From positions 1 through 26,803 of the forward strand of contig JANRLW010000067.1 in the NCBI GenBank assembly GCA_033762295.1: a stretch of 26,803 nucleotides of DNA. Direction: 5' to 3'. The notes below the pieces were generated by a model. That model was not told where the DNA came from. It was given only the letters and a program-made list of their open reading frames with translations, and searched no databases. Of the stretch, positions 1 through 9,401 are shown in pieces (position 1 is the stretch's first letter; every line of letters begins with the position of its first letter). Position numbers and translations under genes: made by a program. Source of the stretch: Capsulimonadales bacterium (lineage in GTDB: Bacteria; Armatimonadota; Armatimonadia; Armatimonadales; Armatimonadaceae).

Positions 1-1
1 G

Positions 2-1462
2 GTGAAGCATCATCACGAGCGTTGGGACGGTTCGGGGTATCCGGACGGTTTGCGTGGGGAGTCGATCCCCCGGACGGCGCGGATTCTGTCGGTGGCGGAT
101 GTGTACGATGCGCTGACGTCTTCTCGTTCGTACCGTGCGGCGTGGAGTCATGAGCGGGCGATGCGGGAGATCCGTCGCAATGCGGGGACGCAGTTCGATC
201 CCGAGGTCGTCAAAGCCTTCGAACAGGTCGTGGAGGACGTGCGGGCCAGGATGGAACCGAGCCTTTTCGGCCAGGCATATGATCCCGCCCGCGCCGCCGG
301 GACCCGTGGCCCGGTGACGACGCCCCGTTCGGCGGAGGCGGTTCGCCAGATCCAGCGTTCCTCGTCGGAGTTGTGGGCGCTGTACGAGGTGTCGCAGACG
401 CTGTCGGCGAGCCTGGGCCCGGATGACCTGCTCGAGATCCTGGGTCGCAAGCTGCTGGCCATCTTCCCCGATACCGGCTGCGCGTTTCTGTTGTTCGAGC
501 GGAAACCGGAAGAGTCGGAAGCGCTCTACTGCCGACACGCGGTGGGATGGAACCAGGAGCACTTTGCCGATTGCCAAAGCGCGGCCCCGGACGGAACCAG
601 CCTTCGAGTGGCGACGGAGCAGCGAAGCTACCTTGGTCCGTTCGATCCCTTCGATCTGGTCTCCGTCGATACGGACTCCGCCGAACCGCGTCCGATCGGC
701 ACGGCGTTGATCGTCCCGATCGTCCATCAGGGAGCGGCCCTGGGAACCATCAACCTCTACCATGCCGAGGAGAACGCGTTCGAGGAACACGTCCGAAACC
801 TGCTGGAGACGATCGCCCAGCGGGCGGCAATGGCGTTGTATAACGGTCTGACCTTCGAGCGGACGCGTAGCCATGCGATCACCGACCCGCTGACCGGATT
901 GGCCAATATTCGACGGATGACCGACTGGATCGAGGAGCGTCTGCACTCCGACCGCAAAGCGGACCGCTTTGCGCTGCTCTGTCTGGACCTGGACAGCTTC
1001 AAGCCGATCAACGACAACTTCGGCCATCAGAAGGGGGATGTGGTTCTGCGCGACCTGGCCGAAATCTTCCGAAACCTGGTCCGTGAAGGGGATCTGGTCG
1101 GCCGCAACGGGGGCGATGAGTTCGTGGTGCTGTTGCGGGAGGCCGGTCCGAACGAAGCGGAGGTCATGAAGAATCGTCTGCAGACCGCCGTGACCGGGTA
1201 CGACCCCGGACTGGTCCATCCTCGTCTGGGCGAACTTCGGCTCGGAGTCAGCATCGGTTCCGCCTGCTATCCGAGCGACGGAACCGACATCGCGACGCTG
1301 TTTTCAATCGCGGACGCCGCCATGTACCGCAACAAAACGGACCGAAAACTCGAACAGATGGTCGGATCCCGCCGAACGGACGAAGTGATTACCTCTGCCG
1401 AAGCAGGGGAAGAGCCGGATCGCGAGACCGTCACCGACAAAATGCCGGCGTATCTGCATTAG
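2..1462 (+). CDS. HD-GYP / GAF / GGDEF c-di-GMP signalling protein (5' truncated by window edge)
   Basis: [14 protein letters not shown] and [15 protein letters not shown] (HD-GYP C-terminal half). Central GAF-like segment ([18 protein letters not shown]). C-terminal DPLTGL...[18 protein letters not shown]...[14 protein letters not shown]. The frame is open at the left edge. Confidence 0.93.
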   Translation: MKHHHERWDGSGYPDGLRGESIPRTARILSVADVYDALTSSRSYRAAWSHERAMREIRRNAGTQFDPEVVKAFEQVVEDVRARMEPSLFGQAYDPARAAGTRGPVTTPRSAEAVRQIQRSSSELWALYEVSQTLSASLGPDDLLEILGRKLLAIFPDTGCAFLLFERKPEESEALYCRHAVGWNQEHFADCQSAAPDGTSLRVATEQRSYLGPFDPFDLVSVDTDSAEPRPIGTALIVPIVHQGAALGTINLYHAEENAFEEHVRNLLETIAQRAAMALYNGLTFERTRSHAITDPLTGLANIRRMTDWIEERLHSDRKADRFALLCLDLDSFKPINDNFGHQKGDVVLRDLAEIFRNLVREGDLVGRNGGDEFVVLLREAGPNEAEVMKNRLQTAVTGYDPGLVHPRLGELRLGVSIGSACYPSDGTDIATLFSIADAAMYRNKTDRKLEQMVGSRRTDEVITSAEAGEEPDRETVTDKMPAYLH

Positions 1463-2286
1463 CCGTCGGTCGGTTCCCGCCATTCAGGGAGGCGAATCGC
1501 CAGGCTGCCCTGCTGTTGCTTGAACGTTTCCGAACCGGCGGCGCGGTCGAAAAAGTGCGATTCGTCGAACAGGTGGGCGTATTGCCCATCCCGATCGAGG
1601 CCCCGCTCGCGCGCCGTCCGCAGCAAGTCCCGCCACTCCCGGATGCCGTAGGAGGGCCAGCGAATCCCCGCCTGACAGTACGACGCATCGGCGAAATAAC
1701 GGGGGGTCTCCTCACCGCCCGGCTGAGCGCGGCGCGCGTGCCAGAGCCCCGAATGCACCAGAACGGCCGATCCGGGCGGAAGATCGTTGACGGTCACCAT
1801 GTTCGGTAGATCGATCGTTCCCAGGAAACAGAGGTCCCCGTTTCCGACCACCCGTTTCCAGGTGCGCGGGATAAAGAGCAGGTCGCCGACCGTCCCGTTC
1901 AATCCGTTCAGGTAGTAGAAGAAATGAACCATAACATGCGATCGGTTCGTCTGGGGAATCTGCTCGTAGTCCTGATGCCAGCAGACGCCCGGAGTACCGG
2001 CATCCTGACGGACGGCATGAAGATGGTGAAAGGCGAACCCGGGACCGAGGACGGCCCCGGCAATTTCCATGATCCGCGGATGGCTGATCAACGGGCCGAG
2101 GTGGGGGAACTCGCAGAGGAACGGCGTTTTCTCGCGACGCTGCCGAAGGTCGGTCAGGCGATCGATGTCCGCCTTTAACGAAGCGCATTCCGTCGGGTCG
2201 AAGAACCCCGGAAAAATCAGATAACCTTCCTCGCGGAATCGTTCCGCCTGCGCCTCGCTCAGCGGCCCGGCCGTTATTGCTTCCAT
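1459..2286 (-). CDS. phytanoyl-CoA dioxygenase (PhyH) family Fe(II)/2-oxoglutarate dioxygenase
   Basis: [22 protein letters not shown]-terminus, WHQD and distal LWH facial triad. Start placed at ATG 2286 because of an upstream GGGAGG and the promoter at 2320-2349. Stop overlaps the convergent gene's stop (TTAG, 1459-1462). Confidence 0.88.
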   Translation of the reverse strand: MEAITAGPLSEAQAERFREEGYLIFPGFFDPTECASLKADIDRLTDLRQRREKTPFLCEFPHLGPLISHPRIMEIAGAVLGPGFAFHHLHAVRQDAGTPGVCWHQDYEQIPQTNRSHVMVHFFYYLNGLNGTVGDLLFIPRTWKRVVGNGDLCFLGTIDLPNMVTVNDLPPGSAVLVHSGLWHARRAQPGGEETPRYFADASYCQAGIRWPSYGIREWRDLLRTARERGLDRDGQYAHLFDESHFFDRAAGSETFKQQQGSLAIRLPEWREPTDG

Positions 2287-2319
2287 ACGAAAATCGCCTC
2301 CCGAACCTGCAATCTCGAG

Positions 2320-2349
2320 ATTGTAATCCGGGGAACCGGCCGGTGTCAA
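2320..2349 (-). promoter_or_regulatory. sigma70-type promoter for the PhyH gene
   Basis: Minus strand TTGACA (2349-2344), 18-nt spacer, TACAAT (2325-2320). Confidence 0.65.
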
Positions 2350-2505
2350 CCGTCACGCCGCACCGGCGCGAGGTTCGCACTTTCAGTGGAAAATCCCGAA
2401 CGGCGTCTCCGGGAAATAAAGTATATTTACGAGCAAAAATGGACAGGTTGTAATATAATGGCGCTGTTTTTACGCCGTTTTCTCGCTGCATCGGAGGGGC
2501 CCTCA

Positions 2506-3684
2506 ATGAAAAGACCGGTTTCTTTGCTCTACTGCTCCGATTCCGTTTTCTTCGGCGGTGATACCCGTCAGGAATACGAAACCCTGCGAACGCTCAATCC
2601 GGAGGCCTATCGTGTCACGGCGCTCGTGCCTCCGCACGGACCAACCCATGATGCCGTGACCGGGATACCCGGTGTGCGTGCGATCGTCGCCGATTTCGGC
2701 ACGAAAGAGAGTAAGATCCCTACCCGAACGGGCCGCGCCCTGAGCTTTCTGAGCAGCCTGTCGCTTCTGTTGCGAACGGTTCGTCAGGTGCGACCGGAGG
2801 CGTTGCTGGTCGGGGATCGTACCCGACCCGTACTGGCGGCGCTTCTGGTCCGGCGATTTTCGAAGTGCAAAATCGTCTATCTGCCCGGTTTCTTTTATAT
2901 TCCGGGGGAGGACCGGGGAGGAATCAAGCGTCGTCTGGCCACGGTCGCGGAGGTGACGATGGTTCATACGGAGCATTCCCGCGAAACCTATCTTCGGGCC
3001 GGCGCGCCGAACGATCGGGTGATCGTGGTGCGTTACGGTATCGAGACGGATCGGTTCGAGGCGAAACGGAATACGCAGAAGCGAGCCGAACTGGGGTTCA
3101 CGGACTCGGAGGTCGTTGTCGGCATCTGCGGCGTGATCCGGGAGTTCAAGGGACACGAAATGCTGGTGGCGGCGATGGCGGACGCCCGAAAGCGGGATCC
3201 TCGACTTCGCCTGCTGGTGGTCGGCGACGGACATCTCCGCGCCCCGGTCGAGAACCGGGTACGTGAGGCGGAACTCGAACCCTTCGTTCGGTTCGTCGGT
3301 TTCCAAACGCAGACCGCGCCCTTTTATCAGTGTATGGACATCTATGCGATGGCATCCGACGAGGAGCCTTTCGGACTGGTGACGGTCGAGGCGATGGCGA
3401 GCGGCCTGCCGGTGGTCGGCACGAACAGCGGCGGAACCCCCGAAATCGTTCTGCCCGGTGTGACCGGACTCCTGGTGCCGCCGCAGGACCCCGGAGCGAT
3501 GGCGGAGGGAATTCTGCAGCTGGCGGCCTCGGCGACGCTCCGAACGGAGTGGGGGCTACGCGGACAGCAACGGGTTCGGGAGATGTATTATTCCGAACGG
3601 CGGGCGGTCGCCGTCGCTAACCTGTTCGAGAAACTGTTCCACGGCACGCCCTCGCACGGTCCCGCCCTGTCGACCGGGTTCTGA
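2506..3684 (+). CDS. glycosyltransferase family 4 (GT-B fold)
   Basis: KGH, LLVVGDG and EPFGLVTVEAMASGLPVVGT (EX7E) motifs. ATG 2506 is preceded by GGAGGGG (2493-2499). Confidence 0.93.
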   Translation: MKRPVSLLYCSDSVFFGGDTRQEYETLRTLNPEAYRVTALVPPHGPTHDAVTGIPGVRAIVADFGTKESKIPTRTGRALSFLSSLSLLLRTVRQVRPEALLVGDRTRPVLAALLVRRFSKCKIVYLPGFFYIPGEDRGGIKRRLATVAEVTMVHTEHSRETYLRAGAPNDRVIVVRYGIETDRFEAKRNTQKRAELGFTDSEVVVGICGVIREFKGHEMLVAAMADARKRDPRLRLLVVGDGHLRAPVENRVREAELEPFVRFVGFQTQTAPFYQCMDIYAMASDEEPFGLVTVEAMASGLPVVGTNSGGTPEIVLPGVTGLLVPPQDPGAMAEGILQLAASATLRTEWGLRGQQRVREMYYSERRAVAVANLFEKLFHGTPSHGPALSTGF

Positions 3685-3695
3685 TCGGTCCTGCA

Positions 3696-3728
3696 CCCCG
3701 CTTCCGCGATCGGATCGCGGAAGCGGGG
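3696..3728. terminator. perfect GC-rich inverted repeat between convergent genes (probable bidirectional terminator or REP-like hairpin)
   Basis: CCCCGCTTCCGCGATC-G-GATCGCGGAAGCGGGG, 16-bp arms, no U-tract. Confidence 0.6.
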
Positions 3729-3741
3729 AACGAGCCGGCGG

Positions 3742-5409
3742 TTACCGTTTGAAATCGACGGTGGCCGGCTCGGATGCCTCGCCTGCCTCGCTGACCGTGA
3801 CCGCCGCCACCTGATAGGAGAGCCGGGTAACCCCGGTCGGCGTCGAGAGCCTGACGCCTTCCACGCGCCAGTTTCCGCTGCTGTCGGCCTTGACTTCGCC
3901 ATCGGCGATCGCGCCCGATACCGGCAGGACGATCAACTGACCCGAGTATCGGATCGTGTAACGCACGGTCGCGCCGGGTCGAGCGGTTCCGGCAAGGGTC
4001 ACCGTCTCTCCGGTCGATGCCCCGTCCTGCGGCGAGGTGATCGTCGGCGTCTCCGGCGCGCCCGCCGCGATATCGATCGCCCCCTCGGCCGATTGCGTCA
4101 CCGTGCGTCCGCCCACGGTCAGGGTCACGGTGACCGGCGCTTTTGCCAGAGAATCTCCTTTTTTCACGGTATAGGAGCCGACATAGGTTCCCGCCGACCG
4201 CTCGCTCATCGGCCGTCCGGTCACCGTCCCGCCGACGGAAAACTTCGCCGTTCCGCCCGCGCGCCCGGTCATCGTCACGGTTAACTCGTCGCCGGGTTCC
4301 AGCGCCTTCGTCTCCGGAGCGTAGCGCACGGATTTGATCAGAGACTCCTGCGCGGCGACGGTAAACGACCAGTTGCGTCGGGTCTCGTTTCCGGCATTGT
4401 CCCGAACCGCCAGGTTGATCGTCTCGCGACCCGGAGCGAGGTCCGCCGCCGGAACGTAGGAGATGAAGGCTTCGGTGACGGTGGCCGAGGCGGTGATGTC
4501 CTTTCCGTTCAGGAACAGGCGGACTTTGCGCGGATCGACCCCCGACCCGGCGTCCGAGTAGGTGGTATAGATCAGGGGCCGACCGGGCGCGACGGAGGCG
4601 TTCGGCACGGGGGACAGACTGCCCAGAGTGGGGCCGACCGTGTCGACCGTCAGCGGCTGACCGGCCTGCAACATCGGCGCGGTCTGCGCTCCGCGTTTCA
4701 GCGTCGCCAGAACGACGGCATTTTTCACCGTGATTCCGGTCGGCATGGTGAGCGTACCGACATACGTCCCGGAACTCGTCTCCCGCATGGGGACGCTGCG
4801 CGCCTGCTCGATCCCCGGAATGGTGAACGCCGCCGTTCCTCCCGAGGTGCCCTGTAGCGTCACCTGAAGCGTCTGACCGGCGCGAAGCGGCCCGCGTGCG
4901 TTATGTGTCAGCGAGGTGACCCGCACATCACCGGCGTTTCCGGCGGTCGGCGGGTTGGCAACGTTCCCCGGGTTCGGCGCGTTCGGAACGCCGCCGGTCG
5001 CGATGATGACCGTCCGTGTCGCGCCGCTCCACTTTACCTGCGCACCCAGCGCCTCCGAAACGAAACGCAGCGGCACGAGGGTCGTTCCCCGGATAGCCTG
5101 CGCCGGTTGGGACAGTGCGCGCGGCTGTCCGTTGACGGTCGCCTGTGTCGAGCCGATCTGCAGGGAGATGGACGTCGGCCCCTTGACGGCAACGATGGTC
5201 TTGGTTGCGCCATCGAAGGCGACCGTCGCGCCCAGCCGTTCGAATACCCCCCGGAGCGGGACCAGGACGCTGCCGCTCCTTTCCACCGGCGGCTGTCCGG
5301 CAAAGGGAATGACCTCACCATCCACCGTCACATTGATACCCTGTCCGTACGCGCTCCCGGCCAGCGTTACCGCTGCGCCCAGTGCGCCGATCCGAATTCG
5401 TTCGTACAT
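3742..5409 (-). CDS. secreted/surface protein with copper amine oxidase N-terminal (stalk) domain and Ig-like repeats
   Basis: Signal peptide (…LAGSAYG|Q). VLVPLRGVFERLGATV and TLVPLRFVSEALGAQVKW motifs of Cu_amine_oxidN1, then beta-rich Ig-like modules (DTVGP, DAGSGVD, DNAGN, PTITSP). RBS GGAGGG upstream of the ATG. Confidence 0.88.
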   Translation of the reverse strand: MYERIRIGALGAAVTLAGSAYGQGINVTVDGEVIPFAGQPPVERSGSVLVPLRGVFERLGATVAFDGATKTIVAVKGPTSISLQIGSTQATVNGQPRALSQPAQAIRGTTLVPLRFVSEALGAQVKWSGATRTVIIATGGVPNAPNPGNVANPPTAGNAGDVRVTSLTHNARGPLRAGQTLQVTLQGTSGGTAAFTIPGIEQARSVPMRETSSGTYVGTLTMPTGITVKNAVVLATLKRGAQTAPMLQAGQPLTVDTVGPTLGSLSPVPNASVAPGRPLIYTTYSDAGSGVDPRKVRLFLNGKDITASATVTEAFISYVPAADLAPGRETINLAVRDNAGNETRRNWSFTVAAQESLIKSVRYAPETKALEPGDELTVTMTGRAGGTAKFSVGGTVTGRPMSERSAGTYVGSYTVKKGDSLAKAPVTVTLTVGGRTVTQSAEGAIDIAAGAPETPTITSPQDGASTGETVTLAGTARPGATVRYTIRYSGQLIVLPVSGAIADGEVKADSSGNWRVEGVRLSTPTGVTRLSYQVAAVTVSEAGEASEPATVDFKR

Positions 5410-5620
5410 TTTTCCCTCCGTTAAGCTGCCACAAGGGCGGATTACGGGAAGAAGACGGCGATAGGTGGACGGGGGTTTCGTTCCCGGCGATCCGGAACCG
5501 GTCCGCCCAGGTGTTTTAGTCTACTAAAGGATGCGGGGGGGCGGATGCCGCGTTATAATGGAATCGGACGTTTGCAGCGACGGGGGTCGTGCGACTACCG
5601 TTCACGACAGGAGAGGTGCC

Positions 5621-8600
5621 ATGAGGAAACGGTTGGGACGGTCGGGGGCCATCGCGCGGAGCCGATTCGGGCTTCTGCCGGCGATACCTTTGCTGGCGCT
5701 GATGGCGATCGTCGCCCTGCCCGCGCCCCGCGCCGCTTCCGACGATACCCCCGCGCCGCCGAAGCCGACCGCCGAGGAAGCGACCTTCTTCGAGAACCGG
5801 ATCCGCCCGGTCCTGATCGAAAACTGTATCAGTTGCCACGGCAAGGACGCCCAGATGGGCGGCTTCCGCGCCGACTCGCGCGAGGCCCTGCTCAAAGGAG
5901 GGAACGGCGGAACGTCGCTGGTCCCCGGCGACCCGGACAACAGCCTGCTGATCAAGGCCGTTCGGCACAGCGGCGCGCTGAAGATGCCCCAGGGCGGGAA
6001 GCTGAAGCCGGAGGAGATTGCCGCGCTGGAAGCCTGGGTGAAGATGGGCGCGCCCTGGCCGGTGGGCGGCACCGTCAAAATGACCGGGAAAGGCGGCTCG
6101 GAGCAGCGTCTCTGGTCCCTGCAACCCGTAAGACGTCCTGTCCCGCCGAAGGTGAAAAACGCCGCCCGGGTACGAAACCCGATCGATGCCTTCGTTCTGG
6201 CGAAGATCGAGGCCAAAGGTCTGACGCCCGCGCCGCCGCTGGACCGTCGGTCGTTGTTGCGCCGCGTCTCTTACGATCTGATCGGTCTGCCGCCGACCGC
6301 CGCCGAGGTGGATGCCTTCCTCGCCGACAAATCCCCTGACGCCTATGAGAAGGTGGTCGACCGGCTCCTCGCCTCGCCGCGTTATGGCGAACGCTGGGCG
6401 CGTCACTGGCTCGATATCGCCCGCTACGCCGACACCAAGGGCTATGTGTTCAACGAGGATCGGAACTACTACAACGCCTACACCTACCGCGACTGGGTGA
6501 TCAACGCGCTGAACGATGACCTGCCCTACGATCAGTTCATCGTGCGGCAGCTGGCCGCCGACCGTCTGCCGGAGGTGCGCAACGGCGACGATAAACGTCC
6601 GCTCGCCGCCCTTGGCTTTCTGACCGTCGGTCGTCGGTTCCTCAATCAGCAGCCGGATATCATTGATGACCGGATCGATGTCACCATGCGGGGTTTTCAG
6701 GGGCTGACCGTCGGCTGCGCTCGCTGTCACGATCACAAGTTCGACCCGGTGCCGACCCAGGACTACTACTCGCTCTACGCGATCTTCGCCTCCTCACAGG
6801 AGACGACGCCGCCGATTTCCGAGAAGCGCATCCGCGACCCCTGGGAGCGGTACAGCAGCGACCGCGCCGCCGCCGAGAACGGTATCCGCGAGATCATTGT
6901 CGCACAGGTCAAGCGCCTTCGGGAGATAAACCGCGATACCGAGCGGCGGAAGACGCTCAGCGACGAGGTGAAACAGGTGTTGCAGGCGGTGCGCGAGGAG
7001 GAGACTCCGGAGGGCGATCGCCTGGCAAAGCTGGAAAAGGCGTTCGAGGAGGCGGAGCGGTCCCGGCTCAATACGCTGCGCCGTGCGATCGCCGACCTGG
7101 ATCAGGCCAAACCGCCGACGCCGGAGTTCGCCATGGCGATGGACGACAGCCCGAATCCGTCCGACGGGCACGTCTTCCGGCGTGGCAATCCGGGCGCCCC
7201 CGGAGAGGTCGCCCCGCGCCGCTTCCTGCTCTGCCTGAGCAAGCCGGGCACGGAACGCGCCCACTGGAAACAGGGCAGCGGACGGCTCGAACTGGCGAAC
7301 GCGATCGCGTCGAAGGAGAATCCGCTGACGGCCCGCGTCTTTGTCAACCGGGTCTGGCTGCACCACTTCGGCGCGGGGATCGTGCGAACCCCCTCCGATT
7401 TCGGACGCAAGGGCGAACCGCCCACCCACCCGGAACTGCTCGACTGGCTCGCCTCCTATTTTATGGACAATGGCTGGTCGATCAAAAAACTTCACCGTCT
7501 GATGGTCACGTCGGCGACCTACCGACAATCGCCCGCCGTCTCGCCCGCCGTCTTCAACGCGGACCCGGAGAACCGGCTGTGGGCGCGCGCCATGCGACGT
7601 CGGCTGGACCTGGAACAGATGCGCGATTCGCTGATGCTCGCCACCGGGACGCTGGACACGAACACGGTCGGCGGGAAATCGGTCGATCTCTGGGAGCGGA
7701 GGAAGGAGACCCCCGCCTTCGCACCGCGCCGGGCCGTGTACGGGTTTGTCGAACGGCAGAATCTGCCCGGCATCTTCCGGACGTTCGATTTCGCTTCCCC
7801 GGACACCACCAGCGCACAGCGGTTCCGAACCACGGTCCCGCAGCAGGCGTTGTTCTTCATGAACTCGCCGTTCGTGGTCGAGCAGGCGCGACTGATCGCC
7901 GGGCGTCCCGATCTGCGGGATGCGCAGGACGACGCGCAGCGGATTCGCCGCCTGTACCGTCTGCTCTACGGACGAATGCCGGATAGCGAGGAAGTCGCCG
8001 CCGGACTGGCCTACCTCAAAGGCGACAGCGCGGCCCCCGTGGCCTCGGCGGAGGGCGTCTGGCAGTACGGGTACGGCGCGTACAATGAAGCCCTGCAGCG
8101 GGTGACGGCGTTCACCCCGCTGACCCATTTCACCGGCGATGCCTATCAGGTGGGTCGGGAATTCCCGGACAAGAGCCTCGGTTATATCGTTCTCAACGCG
8201 GCGGGCGGGCATCCGGGGCAGGACGCCGCGCACGGCGCGGTTCGCCGCTGGACCGCGCCGACGGCGATGACCCTGCGGATCGGCGGGACGCTGGAGCATA
8301 AGGGGGCGATGGGGGACGGCGTGCGCGGGCGAATCGTCTCCTCCCGGGCCGGACTGCTCGGGCAGTGGGTCGCGCACAACCGCAGCGAGAGGACCGAGGT
8401 TGCCGAGGTCGCGGTGCAAAAAGGCGAGACGATCGATTTCGTCGTCGATCCGCAGGGCGGGGACGCTTTCGACTCCTTCCTCTGGTCGCCGACGCTGAAA
8501 ACGGTCGATGAGAAACGGAACTGGAACGCCGCGCGGAACTTCGGGCCGCCCGCACCCCCGCCGGTCACCCGCCTGACGCTCTATGCGCAGGCGCTCCTGA

Positions 8601-8629
8601 TGACCAACGAGTTCCTGTTCGCGGACTGA
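5621..8629 (+). CDS. planctomycete-type cytochrome c (PSCyt1) + DUF1549 + DUF1553 (PSD1) domain protein
   Basis: Signal peptide, FFENRIRPVLIENCISCHG (CxxCH), NPIDAF, YGERWARHWLD, CARCHDHKFDP, NPLTARVFVNRVWLHHFG, PTHPELLDWLA, PQQALFFMNS and C-terminal NEFLFAD. ATG 5621 follows AGGAGAGG. Confidence 0.92.
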   Translation: MRKRLGRSGAIARSRFGLLPAIPLLALMAIVALPAPRAASDDTPAPPKPTAEEATFFENRIRPVLIENCISCHGKDAQMGGFRADSREALLKGGNGGTSLVPGDPDNSLLIKAVRHSGALKMPQGGKLKPEEIAALEAWVKMGAPWPVGGTVKMTGKGGSEQRLWSLQPVRRPVPPKVKNAARVRNPIDAFVLAKIEAKGLTPAPPLDRRSLLRRVSYDLIGLPPTAAEVDAFLADKSPDAYEKVVDRLLASPRYGERWARHWLDIARYADTKGYVFNEDRNYYNAYTYRDWVINALNDDLPYDQFIVRQLAADRLPEVRNGDDKRPLAALGFLTVGRRFLNQQPDIIDDRIDVTMRGFQGLTVGCARCHDHKFDPVPTQDYYSLYAIFASSQETTPPISEKRIRDPWERYSSDRAAAENGIREIIVAQVKRLREINRDTERRKTLSDEVKQVLQAVREEETPEGDRLAKLEKAFEEAERSRLNTLRRAIADLDQAKPPTPEFAMAMDDSPNPSDGHVFRRGNPGAPGEVAPRRFLLCLSKPGTERAHWKQGSGRLELANAIASKENPLTARVFVNRVWLHHFGAGIVRTPSDFGRKGEPPTHPELLDWLASYFMDNGWSIKKLHRLMVTSATYRQSPAVSPAVFNADPENRLWARAMRRRLDLEQMRDSLMLATGTLDTNTVGGKSVDLWERRKETPAFAPRRAVYGFVERQNLPGIFRTFDFASPDTTSAQRFRTTVPQQALFFMNSPFVVEQARLIAGRPDLRDAQDDAQRIRRLYRLLYGRMPDSEEVAAGLAYLKGDSAAPVASAEGVWQYGYGAYNEALQRVTAFTPLTHFTGDAYQVGREFPDKSLGYIVLNAAGGHPGQDAAHGAVRRWTAPTAMTLRIGGTLEHKGAMGDGVRGRIVSSRAGLLGQWVAHNRSERTEVAEVAVQKGETIDFVVDPQGGDAFDSFLWSPTLKTVDEKRNWNAARNFGPPAPPPVTRLTLYAQALLMTNEFLFAD

Positions 8630-8646
8630 CGAAAGGAGACGAAGCC

Positions 8647-9387
8647 ATGCCGGGGTTCAATGAGGATTTTACAGGCAGGGAATGGAAGAAAGTCTGGGCG
8701 GAGGAGTTCGACCGAAACGGACTGCCCGACCCGAAACGCTGGGACTACGAGACCGGCAAAGTCCGGAACAATGAACTGCAGTTCTATACGAAACGTGGTG
8801 AGAACGCCCGGATCGAGAACAAACAACTCCTGATCGAGGGACGTAAGGAAGCTTACCAGGGATCGGAGTATACGGCCGCGAGTCTGATCACGCTCGGAAA
8901 GACCGTCTGGCAGTACGGTCGGTTCGTGATCCGGGCGAAACTGCCGAAAGCGCTGGGCACGTGGCCCGCCATCTGGATGCTGGGGGACGATATATCGAAG
9001 GTCGGCTGGCCCCGTTGCGGCGAGATCGATATCATGGAGCACGTCGCGCATAATCCCGGCGTCATCCATGCCACCGTGCATCAGGCGGATAGCACGGGAA
9101 AACATATCTCGCAGGGGGGCACGATTCGCGTCCCGGACTGCATGGATCGCTTCCACGTGTACGCGATGGAGTGGTACCCGGATCGTCTCGATTTCTTCGT
9201 GGACGATAAAAAATTCTTTACGTACGCCAATGACGGCAAAAACGTATGGACCTTTGACAAGAAGTATTATCTGCTGGTCAATCTGGCGATCGGCGGATCG
9301 TGGGGCGGCCAGAAAGGGGTCGACGCGACCGCCTTTCCGCAGCAGTATCTGATCGATTTTATCCGTGTGTACGAAAAGCGCGGGTGA
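8647..9387 (+). CDS. glycoside hydrolase family 16 (laminarinase-like beta-glucanase)
   Basis: WAEEF, NNELQFY, WPAIWMLG, catalytic GEIDIMEH (ExDxxE), FHVYAMEW and NLAIGGSWGG. RBS AAAGGAG. No signal peptide visible. Confidence 0.93.
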   Translation: MPGFNEDFTGREWKKVWAEEFDRNGLPDPKRWDYETGKVRNNELQFYTKRGENARIENKQLLIEGRKEAYQGSEYTAASLITLGKTVWQYGRFVIRAKLPKALGTWPAIWMLGDDISKVGWPRCGEIDIMEHVAHNPGVIHATVHQADSTGKHISQGGTIRVPDCMDRFHVYAMEWYPDRLDFFVDDKKFFTYANDGKNVWTFDKKYYLLVNLAIGGSWGGQKGVDATAFPQQYLIDFIRVYEKRG

Positions 9388-9401
9388 GGAAAACCGGAAC
9401 G

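Noticed and set aside
2454..2459. TATAAT upstream of the glycosyltransferase (and another at 5554-5559 upstream of the DUF1553 operon)
   Set aside because: Plausible -10 boxes, but no convincing -35 at 16-18 nt spacing, so they were not called as promoters.
3742..5409. Calling the gene a copper amine oxidase
   Set aside because: Only the non-catalytic N-terminal domain is present; no TPQ (NYD/E) catalytic domain was seen.
5516..8419. Long antisense ORFs 5516-6736 and 6794-8419
   Set aside because: They lie opposite the well-supported DUF1549/DUF1553 gene, show no recognisable motifs, and are typical shadow ORFs of GC-rich DNA.
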